NCBI GenBank assembly: GCA_965552135.1
Contig: CBEVQY010000018.1
Coordinates: 1-54,683 of the forward strand
Length of the DNA: 54,683 nucleotides
Direction of reading: 5' to 3'
Source: an uncultured bacterium
GTDB taxonomy: Bacteria > UBP14 > UBA6098 > B30-G16
In this document: one piece after another, positions 9,294 to 18,435 of the stretch
How the letters are laid out: each line of letters starts with the position of its first letter
How positions within the stretch are numbered: position 1 is the first letter of the stretch
Position numbers and translations under genes: made by a program
The notes under the pieces: generated by a model
The model's database searches: none
What the model was told of the DNA's origin: nothing
What the model saw: only the letters and a program-made list of their open reading frames with translations

Positions 9294-10652
9294 ATGACGG
9301 CGGACGAACACCGAAGGCTTTTTGCCTCGCTTGCGGAGATGGTTTTTGAGCTTGCGGGCGACTACGACGCCGAGGTGCTCTACACGGCGTCCGGCGAGGC
9401 GCTGACCAGGTTTGCGAACAACACGATCCATCAAAACCTTTCGCGCGACACGGTGGGTTTGACGATAAGGCTTCAGCGCGGGGAGAGAACGGGCGCGATT
9501 TCGCTTTCGTTCCCGCCCGACGAGGCTTCGCTTACCCGCGCTGTGGACGAGGCGAAGCGGATAACTGATCTCTCCGCGCCAAACGCCCAGCTTTTGCCAA
9601 TGCTTTCTGAGGCGAGTTACCGCAGCGTGGAGGGATTTTGCCCCAAGACCGCCGCTCTTTCGCCCGGCGACCGCGCCGCGGTGGTCGCCTCTGCGGTGGA
9701 CGCGTGCGAGAAGGAGGGTCTTGCCGCCGCAGGCATAGTCGAAAACGGCGCAAACGCGATTGGAATAGCAAACAGCAAAGGGCTTTTCGCCTTCTGGGCT
9801 GGGACGAATTTTGCCTTCAGCCTGACGGTCGAGGGAGCGGACGGCACGGGCTGGTCGGAGGCTTTGGGCTGGTCGGTCGACGACGTCTCCGTCGACGACA
9901 CAGTCGCCGAGGCGATCGAGATCGCCCTGCGGAACCAAAACCCCCGCGACGTAGAGCCCGGACGCTACACCGTCGTCCTTCCGCCGGCGGCTGTGGGCGA
10001 GCTTTTGGCATTCGTCGCGATCCACGGCTTCAACGCAAGGGCGCACCTCGAGCGGAGAAGCTTCCTCGCGGGCAAGCTCGGGAAGAAGGTCTTCTCCGAC
10101 AGGCTTACGATCGTCGACGACGCCTACGATCCACGGTGGCGGGGGTTGCCGTTTGACTTCGAGGGCGTTCCGCGCAAGCGCGTGGAGCTTGTGCGCGAAG
10201 GCGTGCTCGTGGGGCTCGTCTACGACCGATGGACAGCCGAAAAAATGGGCGAAGAGCCCACAGGACACGGACTGCAACAGCCAAACCAGTGGGGGGCGAT
10301 CCCGCTCAACCTCATCGTCCACCCCGGCGACGCAACGGTGGAGGAGATGATAAAAGAAACAAAGCGCGGGCTGCTCGTCACACACTTCCACTACACCAAC
10401 GTCTCCGAGCTCGCCAGGCTCACGCTAACCGGCATGACCCGCGACGGGCTTTTTATGATCGAAGACGGCGAGATCGCATACCCCGTCAAAAACCTCAGGT
10501 TCACCCAAAGCGTTGAGGAAGCCTTCAACAACATCGTCGCCGTGGGGAAGGAGCAGAAGAGGGTCTCGGGCTTTTTCTTCGGCGGCGCAATAGCTCCCGC
10601 GATGATGATAGAGGGCTTCGAGTTCTCGAGCAAAACGGAGTTCGGCGGCTGA
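9294..10652 (+). CDS. TldD/PmbA family protein (PmbA-like, no HExxH seen)
   Basis: TRFANNTIHQN, PGRYTVVLPP.AV, PFDFEG, EPTGH, TGMTRDG.F.IEDGEI.YPVKNLRF. Confidence 0.9.
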   Translation: MTADEHRRLFASLAEMVFELAGDYDAEVLYTASGEALTRFANNTIHQNLSRDTVGLTIRLQRGERTGAISLSFPPDEASLTRAVDEAKRITDLSAPNAQLLPMLSEASYRSVEGFCPKTAALSPGDRAAVVASAVDACEKEGLAAAGIVENGANAIGIANSKGLFAFWAGTNFAFSLTVEGADGTGWSEALGWSVDDVSVDDTVAEAIEIALRNQNPRDVEPGRYTVVLPPAAVGELLAFVAIHGFNARAHLERRSFLAGKLGKKVFSDRLTIVDDAYDPRWRGLPFDFEGVPRKRVELVREGVLVGLVYDRWTAEKMGEEPTGHGLQQPNQWGAIPLNLIVHPGDATVEEMIKETKRGLLVTHFHYTNVSELARLTLTGMTRDGLFMIEDGEIAYPVKNLRFTQSVEEAFNNIVAVGKEQKRVSGFFFGGAIAPAMMIEGFEFSSKTEFGG

Positions 10653-10654
10653 GA
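10528..10654 (+). repeat. Direct repeat copy 1 (3' end of pmbA-like gene)
   Basis: Aligns with 22171-22292; 69 of the last 87 coding nt are identical by hand count. Confidence 0.85.
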
Positions 10655-10663
10655 CGGATATCC

Positions 10664-13255
10664 TCAGAGCTTGATGAGCTTGACGCACCTTCCCAAAAGC
10701 TTCAGGAAGTAGATCCCGTTGGCGCCGCTGAGGGTGACCCTGACGCTTTTCGCACCCTTGCGGACGGTGTAACTCCCCACCGTCCTCCCCGTGATGTCCA
10801 GTATCCTCAGCTTCGCGCTTCGCCTAAGCGGCTTTGAGAGGGATATGATTATCTCTCCATCGCTTACTATCGCCGCGGAGAACGTCGGTTGCGCCTCCTC
10901 GGCGCGGTTTTCTTCGAATACGCCGGTGGGCTCCACGTGGCTGCGGAACGTGGAGCGGGCGTCGGTGCCGACGAAAAGATACCCACTTTCCGGATCGTAG
11001 CAAAGCATCCGCGCCTCGATGCAGTACAGCCCCTCGTTTTGGGGATAAAGCGTTATCGTTGCACCCGAGGGCAGACTCTCGACCTCCTCGAGCGAACCCA
11101 CAAGCACGCCGTAGTGGAAGACGGAGAGGAAGAACACCCCAAGCTCCCAGTCCACAGCCATATCCCAAACGACGCGCGGCGGCTCGGATGTGACAGGCGA
11201 AGGCTCCGCAGAGGCGATGTAGAGCGTCTTCCAATCTACCGGAAATTCCTGAGCGTTTGACGTATACAGGATCTTTCCCGTTGCGGTTGCAGCTATGAGG
11301 CGCCCCGTTCCGTCGCGCGGCGAGGAGAGGCTGACTATGGCGGAATCCTCCCTGTCCCCAGGGGTGGGCGGGTATATCTGGACGAAGGGCTCGTCGTAGG
11401 CGATCGAGTCGGGGGTGAACCTCAGGTTTCTCGCCCGGAAGATCCTTGACGGGAAGGCGAAGGGCATGTCGAACTCCGTGGCGAGCCAGTTCCCCTCCAT
11501 CGTAGATGCGAAGTAGAGCGTGTCGCCATCGACCGCAGAGACCTCTATCGCTCGAACGCCGCCGCCTCCCCAGGTGAGGGAGTCGCTCCACGTGCCCGCG
11601 GGGTTCGGCAAACCCCTGGCGAACCGATGGTACACGTCGGCAAAGCCGTTGTAAATCCCGATGCCGCCAACCTGCTCCGCAAGAAGGACGAAGGCGCTGT
11701 CGTAAGGGTTTATCATCGCCCTGAAGACGGGCTCTGAAGTGAGTTGTGTGAAGCAGAGTGAGAAGCCCGGGTCAAGCTCCGGCAGCCTGCTTCGGTTGAT
11801 GTTTGGCAGCGCGTCCGTCGCCCCGCGGAAAAGCCCGCCTATCTTGCCGACGGATGGCACCCCAGCCGCAACGAGGAAGTCGTCATAGTACGTTCCAAAC
11901 GGCGTGGAGCGAACATACGGCGGCCAACACGACGGGATGCCCAAAGCCTCCCAGTTGTAGCCCGTTGTGTGGAACGAGTCGGTATACACATAGAACCATC
12001 GGGTTGTGTCCCAGGTTGCGCCGTAATCGAAGGATATGCCGTTGAAGCTTATTGCCAAAGCCACAAGCGCCGGTGTGCCGTCGGGGAGGTGGATCAGGTT
12101 GGTTCTGTTTTGCATCTCGCCGTTTATGCCCCAGTACGACGTGCGCCAGCTCAGTCCGCCGTCATCGGTGCGCAGGACGCACTGATATGAGTACGACGGC
12201 ACAAGCGCAAGCCCGGCTCCCGTCCCCGTTCCGTATGGCGTAGGCACAGCGCGCGAAGGATCCGGCGAGACGGCAACGCTCACACCCCAAAACGTCTGCT
12301 CGTGCAGGTGCACGATCGCACCTGTGGTGGTGTCCCAGTAGAAGACGCCCACTCTGTTGGCGTGAGCCGGCGTTGGCAGAAGCGATGCCCGCGCGTCGAC
12401 CATGCCGTACCAAAGTCTGTCGGGGTCGAAGGGGTCTGGAAAAAGACAATATGCGGCGGGTTTGTTCTCTCCCGTCAGGCTCGGCGCGGGGTCGATGTGG
12501 TCCCAGCTCCACAAACCGCCCGTCCACCTGCCCCTGTAAAACGCATCGTCGAAGGTCATGACGTAGATGATCCCCCTCGGCGCGTCCACCGTGACGCCAG
12601 TAAGGGGAGACGTCGTGGGAAGAGGGATCGTATCCACGCTCCAGGAACCCCCGGCCCAGCGGTAGGCGAAAAGCCCCGCATTGTAGCACGAGACGAAAAG
12701 CGTTGGTCCTTCGGGCCAGTCTTGGGCGAAGTCGAGGCGGGTGAAGAACACATCGGAGGCACCCAAAAGCTCATAACGCTCCGCGTGCCAAGATCCCCCC
12801 TCGTTTCTCACCATTATCCACCCGTTGAAGGGCACCCCTCCCGCAAGGTAGCGCATTCCCAAAAAGATCACTGTGTCGCCCCAGGCATCGATCGATGTGG
12901 GCATGTTGGCTTCGATGCTGTCTATTAAGGGGTCGCCGGTTTCGATGCGCTCCCAGGACGTGCCGTCGTCGCGGCTCAGCCAAAGCCCTCGAGGACCGGC
13001 AGCGAAAAGAAGCGTCTCCGCCTCTGCGATCACCTCCGTCATGGCGTTGACGCCGTAGTTGTCGAGGAAGGGATCGCCCGTCGTCACGTGGACCCAGTTC
13101 TCGCCGCCGTCGGTGCTCCTCCAAAAGCCACCGCTGAAGCCCATCCCCGCAAAAGCCGTGTAAGACGAAGGAGCAACAAACGTGAAGTGCTTGTCGCCTC
13201 CGTAAGGACCTATAGCCTCCCACGCCGTCAAAAACAAAAGCGCCCAAAAAGCCAT
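10664..13255 (-). CDS. Secreted beta-propeller (BNR/Asp-box) protein with T9SS-like C-terminal domain
   Basis: WEAIGPYGG start. Asp-boxes STDGGENW, SRDDGTSW, TDDGGLSW, SFDYGATW. CTD-like tail ILDITGRTV...GIYFLK...KLIKL. Confidence 0.75.
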   Translation of the reverse strand: MAFWALLFLTAWEAIGPYGGDKHFTFVAPSSYTAFAGMGFSGGFWRSTDGGENWVHVTTGDPFLDNYGVNAMTEVIAEAETLLFAAGPRGLWLSRDDGTSWERIETGDPLIDSIEANMPTSIDAWGDTVIFLGMRYLAGGVPFNGWIMVRNEGGSWHAERYELLGASDVFFTRLDFAQDWPEGPTLFVSCYNAGLFAYRWAGGSWSVDTIPLPTTSPLTGVTVDAPRGIIYVMTFDDAFYRGRWTGGLWSWDHIDPAPSLTGENKPAAYCLFPDPFDPDRLWYGMVDARASLLPTPAHANRVGVFYWDTTTGAIVHLHEQTFWGVSVAVSPDPSRAVPTPYGTGTGAGLALVPSYSYQCVLRTDDGGLSWRTSYWGINGEMQNRTNLIHLPDGTPALVALAISFNGISFDYGATWDTTRWFYVYTDSFHTTGYNWEALGIPSCWPPYVRSTPFGTYYDDFLVAAGVPSVGKIGGLFRGATDALPNINRSRLPELDPGFSLCFTQLTSEPVFRAMINPYDSAFVLLAEQVGGIGIYNGFADVYHRFARGLPNPAGTWSDSLTWGGGGVRAIEVSAVDGDTLYFASTMEGNWLATEFDMPFAFPSRIFRARNLRFTPDSIAYDEPFVQIYPPTPGDREDSAIVSLSSPRDGTGRLIAATATGKILYTSNAQEFPVDWKTLYIASAEPSPVTSEPPRVVWDMAVDWELGVFFLSVFHYGVLVGSLEEVESLPSGATITLYPQNEGLYCIEARMLCYDPESGYLFVGTDARSTFRSHVEPTGVFEENRAEEAQPTFSAAIVSDGEIIISLSKPLRRSAKLRILDITGRTVGSYTVRKGAKSVRVTLSGANGIYFLKLLGRCVKLIKL

Positions 13256-13293
13256 AATACCTCCCTTCGTCTATGCTTCGTGCCTGTGATACT

Positions 13294-16200
13294 TTATTTC
13301 AAAACGTTTTCAATTGCTATGATGATTTCGCTTTTGAAGTCCTTTATCCTTTTCTCGATGCGCTCAAGATAATCTTCGCCTAACGCGCGCCGCAGGGTTT
13401 CGATCTCCTCTCTGAACAGCTGTAGCTCCTCCGGGGAGACGTTGTCGGTTATTTCCACCATCGTCAGGCGCCGCAGAGTGTATTTTGGAAGGGTTTGGAA
13501 TTCCTTTATGTCCCTCAACAGAGTTCGGACGAACGGCAGGAGGTCCTGCAGTTCAGAGGCGTATTTTTCTAAGGCGCTGCGGAGGTTGTTTTCAGCTCTC
13601 ACCGGCAATGAGCTTTCGCTTCTTGGGCGCGCGCGCTCGCGATGGCGTTTGATCGCTCTGTAAGATGTCCAGAATCGTGGGCTTAGCGGCAGGCGCGGCG
13701 TTTGGGGACGGCATCGAATGTGGGGAAGCGCTTCCTTCAGGGTAATTGCTCGCACGGAGGGTTTCTTGGCAGATGTGTCGGGCACGATGTGTACAAAGAG
13801 TCGCAGCCCCTTGCGGCGAAAGACCAAAAGCTCGTTTTGTCCTGCCTCCTTTGCCGTTTTGACTCGCGGCGGGAAATCGTTTAGCCCCTCCACTAAGTCC
13901 GGATGACGCTCTTTGATCGCGAAGAACTCGCGGCGAATGGCTGTAAGCAGACTCTCTTCTTCGATTTCTTCGGGATTGCGGTTTATCCGCTTGAAGAGCT
14001 CCGCGGGGGACGGCATTTCGTCGGGGGCGAAGATCTTCGCGTCCTCGCCCAGCGTGTTGTGGATCAAAAACATCTTCTGGGCTGCGATCTCGCGGTTTTT
14101 TACCACCTCCGCGCCCCGCTCCGTCGGGAAGAAGTTGTAAATATATAGCTTGTCGAACACCTTTTGACCTATGCGGTTGATGCGCCCCAACCTCTGAATG
14201 ACCCGGGTGGGGTTCCACGGTATGTCGTAGTTGATTATGGCGCCTGCTCGGTTCAGGTTTATGCCCTCGGATAACCTATCGGTGGTGACGAGGACGTCGT
14301 AGTCGTCGCGCCATCTTTCCTTTGGGCAAGCTGCATCGAAGTTGGTGAGCAGTTCGTCGAGGAAATTTTTCGACAGCTTCCCTTCAGAAACAAGGACCCT
14401 TCCGCCAAAGGCTCTCTCGAGAGCCGGCGAGATATGTTGAACTGTGTCCCGATACTCGGTGAAGACGACAACCTTCCGCTCAGGTTCAATCTCTAAAATG
14501 GAGTTGATCGCTTTGACGAGGCATTGGCGCTTTGGATCTCGCTTTACCAAACCCAGCCTTTCCACCTCGTCCTTGATCTTGCGGAATAGTTTTAGGTCCG
14601 CGCGAATATCCTCGAGAAATCCCTCCTTGTCGTCGAATTTGTCCAGTTCGTAAATATAGTCGTGTCGGGGGTTAGGTTTGGGCTTTGAAGCAAGCTTTTC
14701 GGTAAAGCTTTGCAAAGCTGCCTCAATGCTTTCTTCATCCTCCGCCCAGATTCTTTCAACAAGCTTTCGATCTAAAACGTATTTCCCCGTTTTATCGATG
14801 AATTGTAGCACAGCCTCGTGGATGCGGATAAAGTTTTCAATGCTTTGTGCAAACGCCCCAAAGGAGCTTTCGAAGCGCTTAACAAGCAGGCGGCGCATGA
14901 ACTCAAACAGGTTATACTGTTGCTGGTATGTAAATTCCTCCTCCATTCGTGTTATTTGGCGTCGTTTTTCGTAGAAGTAGGGCTGATAGATGGCGCCTCG
15001 GAACCCCCCGCCCTCGCCGAAGTAGTCGCAGATGACTCTGTCGTAAAAGCGTGATTGCTCGGGCGTAAGTTCGTAGAAAAGCTCGATGGGGTCCTCCACC
15101 TCCGAAAGCTCCGCCACCTCCTGGCTGTAGACGGGGTCGCGCTTGAGGTCAAGGCGGTTTCGGCGGATGACCACAGGCTCGATGACTGATCTTATCTCAT
15201 CGGCAAGCTTTTGTACGCGCCGCTGCACGCGGGAAATATCCGCAGGGAGCGAGGTTCCGAAAAGCTGCTGGTAATATCTTTCCGCGCGCTGCCTTTTCTC
15301 TCCGCCGGCTTCGTGGTAGCGCATAATGTAGGAGAGCTTGCGGAACTCGCTGTTGTAGCGTTCGAATTGTTCGGCAAGTTTTTCGTCCAGCGTTAGGGTG
15401 GATTTGCCCGGCGGGACAAAAAGCTTCAGCAGGGCGAAGATATCCGACGGCGTGTTGCTGAACGGCGTTGCCGTAAGCAGAATGACGGACCGGTTGGCGC
15501 ATATTTGGCTCAGGCGCTCGTATGCCTCGGTGTCTTCGTTGCGGAAGCGGTGGGCTTCGTCCACGATGATGAGGCTTATATCGTCGCCGTAGTTCGCCAG
15601 GTATTCCTGCGCCTTGTCCAGCTCGCCGACGGTGAAAACCTCCCAGTCGTGCAGTCCGAAGTCGCTTAAGAACTTGTGCCATCCGGTGGATTTGGTTTTG
15701 GGGTCGCCCCTGAGCGCTGGTGGGCATATGACGATTCCTCGGCCGCCTTTCTCGCGCGCCAGCCAGCACGCGATTATCGATTTGCCCAAACCAACCACAT
15801 CGGCAAGGATAACGCCGCCATACTCATCGAGCACCTTCAGCGCTTGCTGAACCGCCTCCTCTTGGTAGCGGTAAACCCTGTAGCCCCGCTTTTGCATTAG
15901 GGTTTTTACCTGCGGGCGAAGCGCTTTTTGTTCCATAAGCTCTATGTAGTGTTTCAGCACCAGGGCGTAGGCTTCGAAGGGTGTGATCTCCGCCGCCTGC
16001 GTTTTCCGGCGGATGATCCGTATGATTTGCTCCCTCCTTTCGGGGAGCTCGCTTAGGGGGATGGCGCTTTCCCAGAGCTCATCGAAGTATGTCTCTGCGT
16101 CTTGCCAGCCGAAGTCTCCGAGCTCTATGTTGAATTCGTGTTGGCTCAGAAGTCCTGCGCGGGTGAGGTTGCTCGAGCCTGTAATGAAGCGTCCGGGACC

Positions 16201-16665
16201 TCCCACAACGCGTTGGCCGTGTTCGTCGAGGCAGAAGAGGTAGAGTTTTGCGTGGTTGGGCTCGAAGGTCTTTCGTATCTGCAGGCGACCCTCCGCAAGC
16301 AGCTTCAGGAAGAAGGAGACTTGTTCGTGGAATTCCTCTTCGTCGAGCTTTTCGTCGGATAGCGCAATGCTTAAGGACTTATAGAAGCGTCCCACTGCCT
16401 CGATTTGCGTTGCGTAGCTTAGCGAGGGGTCGGCTATTTCGATGACTTCGCCGCGTGGAGCGTCTGTATCAAGACCGACGAGGATTTTGATTGTGAAGTT
16501 CGGGTCTTCTTGGGCGCGTCGTTTTATGGCTTCGTAGAGCTCTTGCCAGCCGGAGAAGTAGAAGAAGCCAACAAGGAATTTAAGCTCACGGCTGTATTCG
16601 ATTAGCGTTCTGATGCGGTTTTTCAGGCTTTGTTCTTTTGCGTTTGTTATGAAGTTTCTGGCCAT
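13294..16665 (-). CDS. PLD-nuclease / SNF2-family helicase fusion (restriction-associated)
   Basis: N-terminal PLD (VGFFYFSG, HAKLY, ITGSSNLT, HEFN). Walker A LADVVGLGKS, DEAH, LTATP.SN, VFTEYRDT, TDRLSEGINL, NYDIPWNP.RVIQRLGRINRIG. Confidence 0.9.
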   Translation of the reverse strand: MARNFITNAKEQSLKNRIRTLIEYSRELKFLVGFFYFSGWQELYEAIKRRAQEDPNFTIKILVGLDTDAPRGEVIEIADPSLSYATQIEAVGRFYKSLSIALSDEKLDEEEFHEQVSFFLKLLAEGRLQIRKTFEPNHAKLYLFCLDEHGQRVVGGPGRFITGSSNLTRAGLLSQHEFNIELGDFGWQDAETYFDELWESAIPLSELPERREQIIRIIRRKTQAAEITPFEAYALVLKHYIELMEQKALRPQVKTLMQKRGYRVYRYQEEAVQQALKVLDEYGGVILADVVGLGKSIIACWLAREKGGRGIVICPPALRGDPKTKSTGWHKFLSDFGLHDWEVFTVGELDKAQEYLANYGDDISLIIVDEAHRFRNEDTEAYERLSQICANRSVILLTATPFSNTPSDIFALLKLFVPPGKSTLTLDEKLAEQFERYNSEFRKLSYIMRYHEAGGEKRQRAERYYQQLFGTSLPADISRVQRRVQKLADEIRSVIEPVVIRRNRLDLKRDPVYSQEVAELSEVEDPIELFYELTPEQSRFYDRVICDYFGEGGGFRGAIYQPYFYEKRRQITRMEEEFTYQQQYNLFEFMRRLLVKRFESSFGAFAQSIENFIRIHEAVLQFIDKTGKYVLDRKLVERIWAEDEESIEAALQSFTEKLASKPKPNPRHDYIYELDKFDDKEGFLEDIRADLKLFRKIKDEVERLGLVKRDPKRQCLVKAINSILEIEPERKVVVFTEYRDTVQHISPALERAFGGRVLVSEGKLSKNFLDELLTNFDAACPKERWRDDYDVLVTTDRLSEGINLNRAGAIINYDIPWNPTRVIQRLGRINRIGQKVFDKLYIYNFFPTERGAEVVKNREIAAQKMFLIHNTLGEDAKIFAPDEMPSPAELFKRINRNPEEIEEESLLTAIRREFFAIKERHPDLVEGLNDFPPRVKTAKEAGQNELLVFRRKGLRLFVHIVPDTSAKKPSVRAITLKEALPHIRCRPQTPRLPLSPRFWTSYRAIKRHRERARPRSESSLPVRAENNLRSALEKYASELQDLLPFVRTLLRDIKEFQTLPKYTLRRLTMVEITDNVSPEELQLFREEIETLRRALGEDYLERIEKRIKDFKSEIIIAIENVLK

Positions 16666-16843
16666 TGTCAGTTTGCCTTACTTTTGGCACATATTTTCGG
16701 CCTTTTCTCTCGTGAGACTTTTTCAGGCAAACAGATGTTTGCAGTTGCAGACAAATAGTTGCACATACAACCAACAATGATTGCGTCTTCAACCAAATAG
16801 TTACTCTGCAATGATGTATTTTGCATTTTTGTCCGCCATCGAA

Positions 16844-16916
16844 AAAATGTTGCATCCAACAAATGTGTAACAATCTTATTAGGCGCTATCATTTTTCTCT
16901 GAGAGTGCAACATTTT
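16844..16916. repeat. 11-bp perfect inverted repeat (candidate operator)
   Basis: AAAATGTTGCA (16844-16854) and TGCAACATTTT (16906-16916), with further TTGCA copies between 16739 and 16825. Confidence 0.5.
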
Positions 16917-17166
16917 CTGTTAGGATATACCGTGTTCCTCGGCCCTTGCCCTCTCTTTGTAACAATCCCAAACTCACCCACTGCTCCAACAGACGATGCG
17001 CTTGAAATCTCGAAATGTTAAGCACCTTTTGAAGGTCCTGATTCTTGAGATATCCTTTGTCGTGAATCACAGGCAGTAGCTTTCGTAAATCTTCGGGAAT
17101 GAATATTCTGCCACCTACTGATGGTTCTATCACTTCATAAACCCTTCCTCTTTTCTTCATGAGCAC
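16879..17166 (-). CDS. Small winged helix-turn-helix protein, possibly a truncated remnant
   Basis: KGYLKNQDLQKVLNISRFQAHRLLEQWVSLGLLQREGKGRGTRY resembles the C-terminal wHTH of AlbA/RecG-like and Fic regulators. Confidence 0.6.
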   Translation of the reverse strand: MLMKKRGRVYEVIEPSVGGRIFIPEDLRKLLPVIHDKGYLKNQDLQKVLNISRFQAHRLLEQWVSLGLLQREGKGRGTRYILTENVALSEKNDSA

Positions 17167-17205
17167 CGCAATTCACTTGCATATCAAGCCCTAGTGATGG
17201 CGCTC

Positions 17206-18402
17206 TTAGAAATAGTCGTCCCGTGTTTCATAAAACTCTCTTGTGAAATATTCATCCCTCGGATCATCCATAGGAATGTAGACTTCAACGGGTATGTCTA
17301 GTTCTTTAAGATAAGAAACCATCATTGGACCTATGTTCTTCCATTCTAAGCCACCGAGACCACATCCAAGAGCAGGAAATGCTATAGACTTCACACCTTC
17401 ATTTTTATAGTTGCGTATAAATCTCTTCAACCCTTCTTCAATCATGCTTGGATCACTTTTCTCTTTCCAGTGTCGTTTAGTTGGAAAGAACAGGAACCAC
17501 CTTTCCTCATTCCGTGTTTCCGGTTTGTATAAAAAAGGAATTCCAGGTTTTATTATCTTTTTACGCGTCAATTGTTGGTAGACAATATAGGCAGAAGGAT
17601 ACATGTATCTAATTCGGCTTGCCAAACCTCTCCCCATAACCCCAACAGTATTTACACTTATTGTAAGCGTTTGTAGTTGGCTATCGAACATGTCACCGTG
17701 TACAATATATAGATTGTCATATATTTGTTTTCTTCGTACTGGAAGAAAAAACAAGTCCGGATTTACGATTACTTCTATTCTCATCGCGTTAAATAATTCA
17801 TTGATTTCATTTCTTACTATTGCTTGCAAAGAGGAATTAGGTACATAAATGGCACATATATAGTCCGGTGGAACTCGGTCGGGAACAAGAACTTCTGATT
17901 GCAGGAAAGTTTTAGGAAAAAGATACTGCACACTCCTCCATTCCTCGCTGTTCTTATAGAAATGTTGTATTGGGATGGTTGCTTCCTCTGATCTCCAATC
18001 GCGTATATTTCTAATTTCTTCAAATAATTTCACAATGTGAATTCTCTCTGGCTTGACAAGTTCTGACCAATTACTTGCGGCATTGCCAATGGAAATTAAT
18101 ACGCCTGTTCTTCTAAGAACTCTTGCAGCAATACCCAAGATAACGATCCGCCAATTACTCATGGATATCTTGCTATATAACATAGCATTTCTGGGACATA
18201 TGTAAAGAGGTACATATCTTGTCAGCCCTTTCTCTTTACGGTTTTGAATTATCTGTTTATTTGCGATTTCCTTATGTCTTAACCTTCGTTCTTCGACTAT
18301 GTCACGACTAAGAATTCCATGTTCCAATATGGACTTCAGGTTAGCAAGGTGAGTGAAATAATATAGTTCCTGACGGTGGTCTTTGCGTCGTTCACGTCTC
18401 AT
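17206..18402 (-). CDS. darTG: DarT (DUF4433 DNA ADP-ribosyltransferase)-DarG macrodomain fusion
   Basis: DarT motifs YYFTHLANLKSILEHGILS, YVPLY..PRNAMLY, GNAAS, QSEVLV. Macrodomain motifs HGDMFD, VNTVGVMGRGLA, FPTKRHWK..S, SIAFPALGCGLGGLEW. One frame; GGAGG RBS. Confidence 0.9.
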   Translation of the reverse strand: MRRERRKDHRQELYYFTHLANLKSILEHGILSRDIVEERRLRHKEIANKQIIQNRKEKGLTRYVPLYICPRNAMLYSKISMSNWRIVILGIAARVLRRTGVLISIGNAASNWSELVKPERIHIVKLFEEIRNIRDWRSEEATIPIQHFYKNSEEWRSVQYLFPKTFLQSEVLVPDRVPPDYICAIYVPNSSLQAIVRNEINELFNAMRIEVIVNPDLFFLPVRRKQIYDNLYIVHGDMFDSQLQTLTISVNTVGVMGRGLASRIRYMYPSAYIVYQQLTRKKIIKPGIPFLYKPETRNEERWFLFFPTKRHWKEKSDPSMIEEGLKRFIRNYKNEGVKSIAFPALGCGLGGLEWKNIGPMMVSYLKELDIPVEVYIPMDDPRDEYFTREFYETRDDYF

Positions 18403-18435
18403 GTTTACCCTCCTTTCGTAACCTTGATGTCTAAA

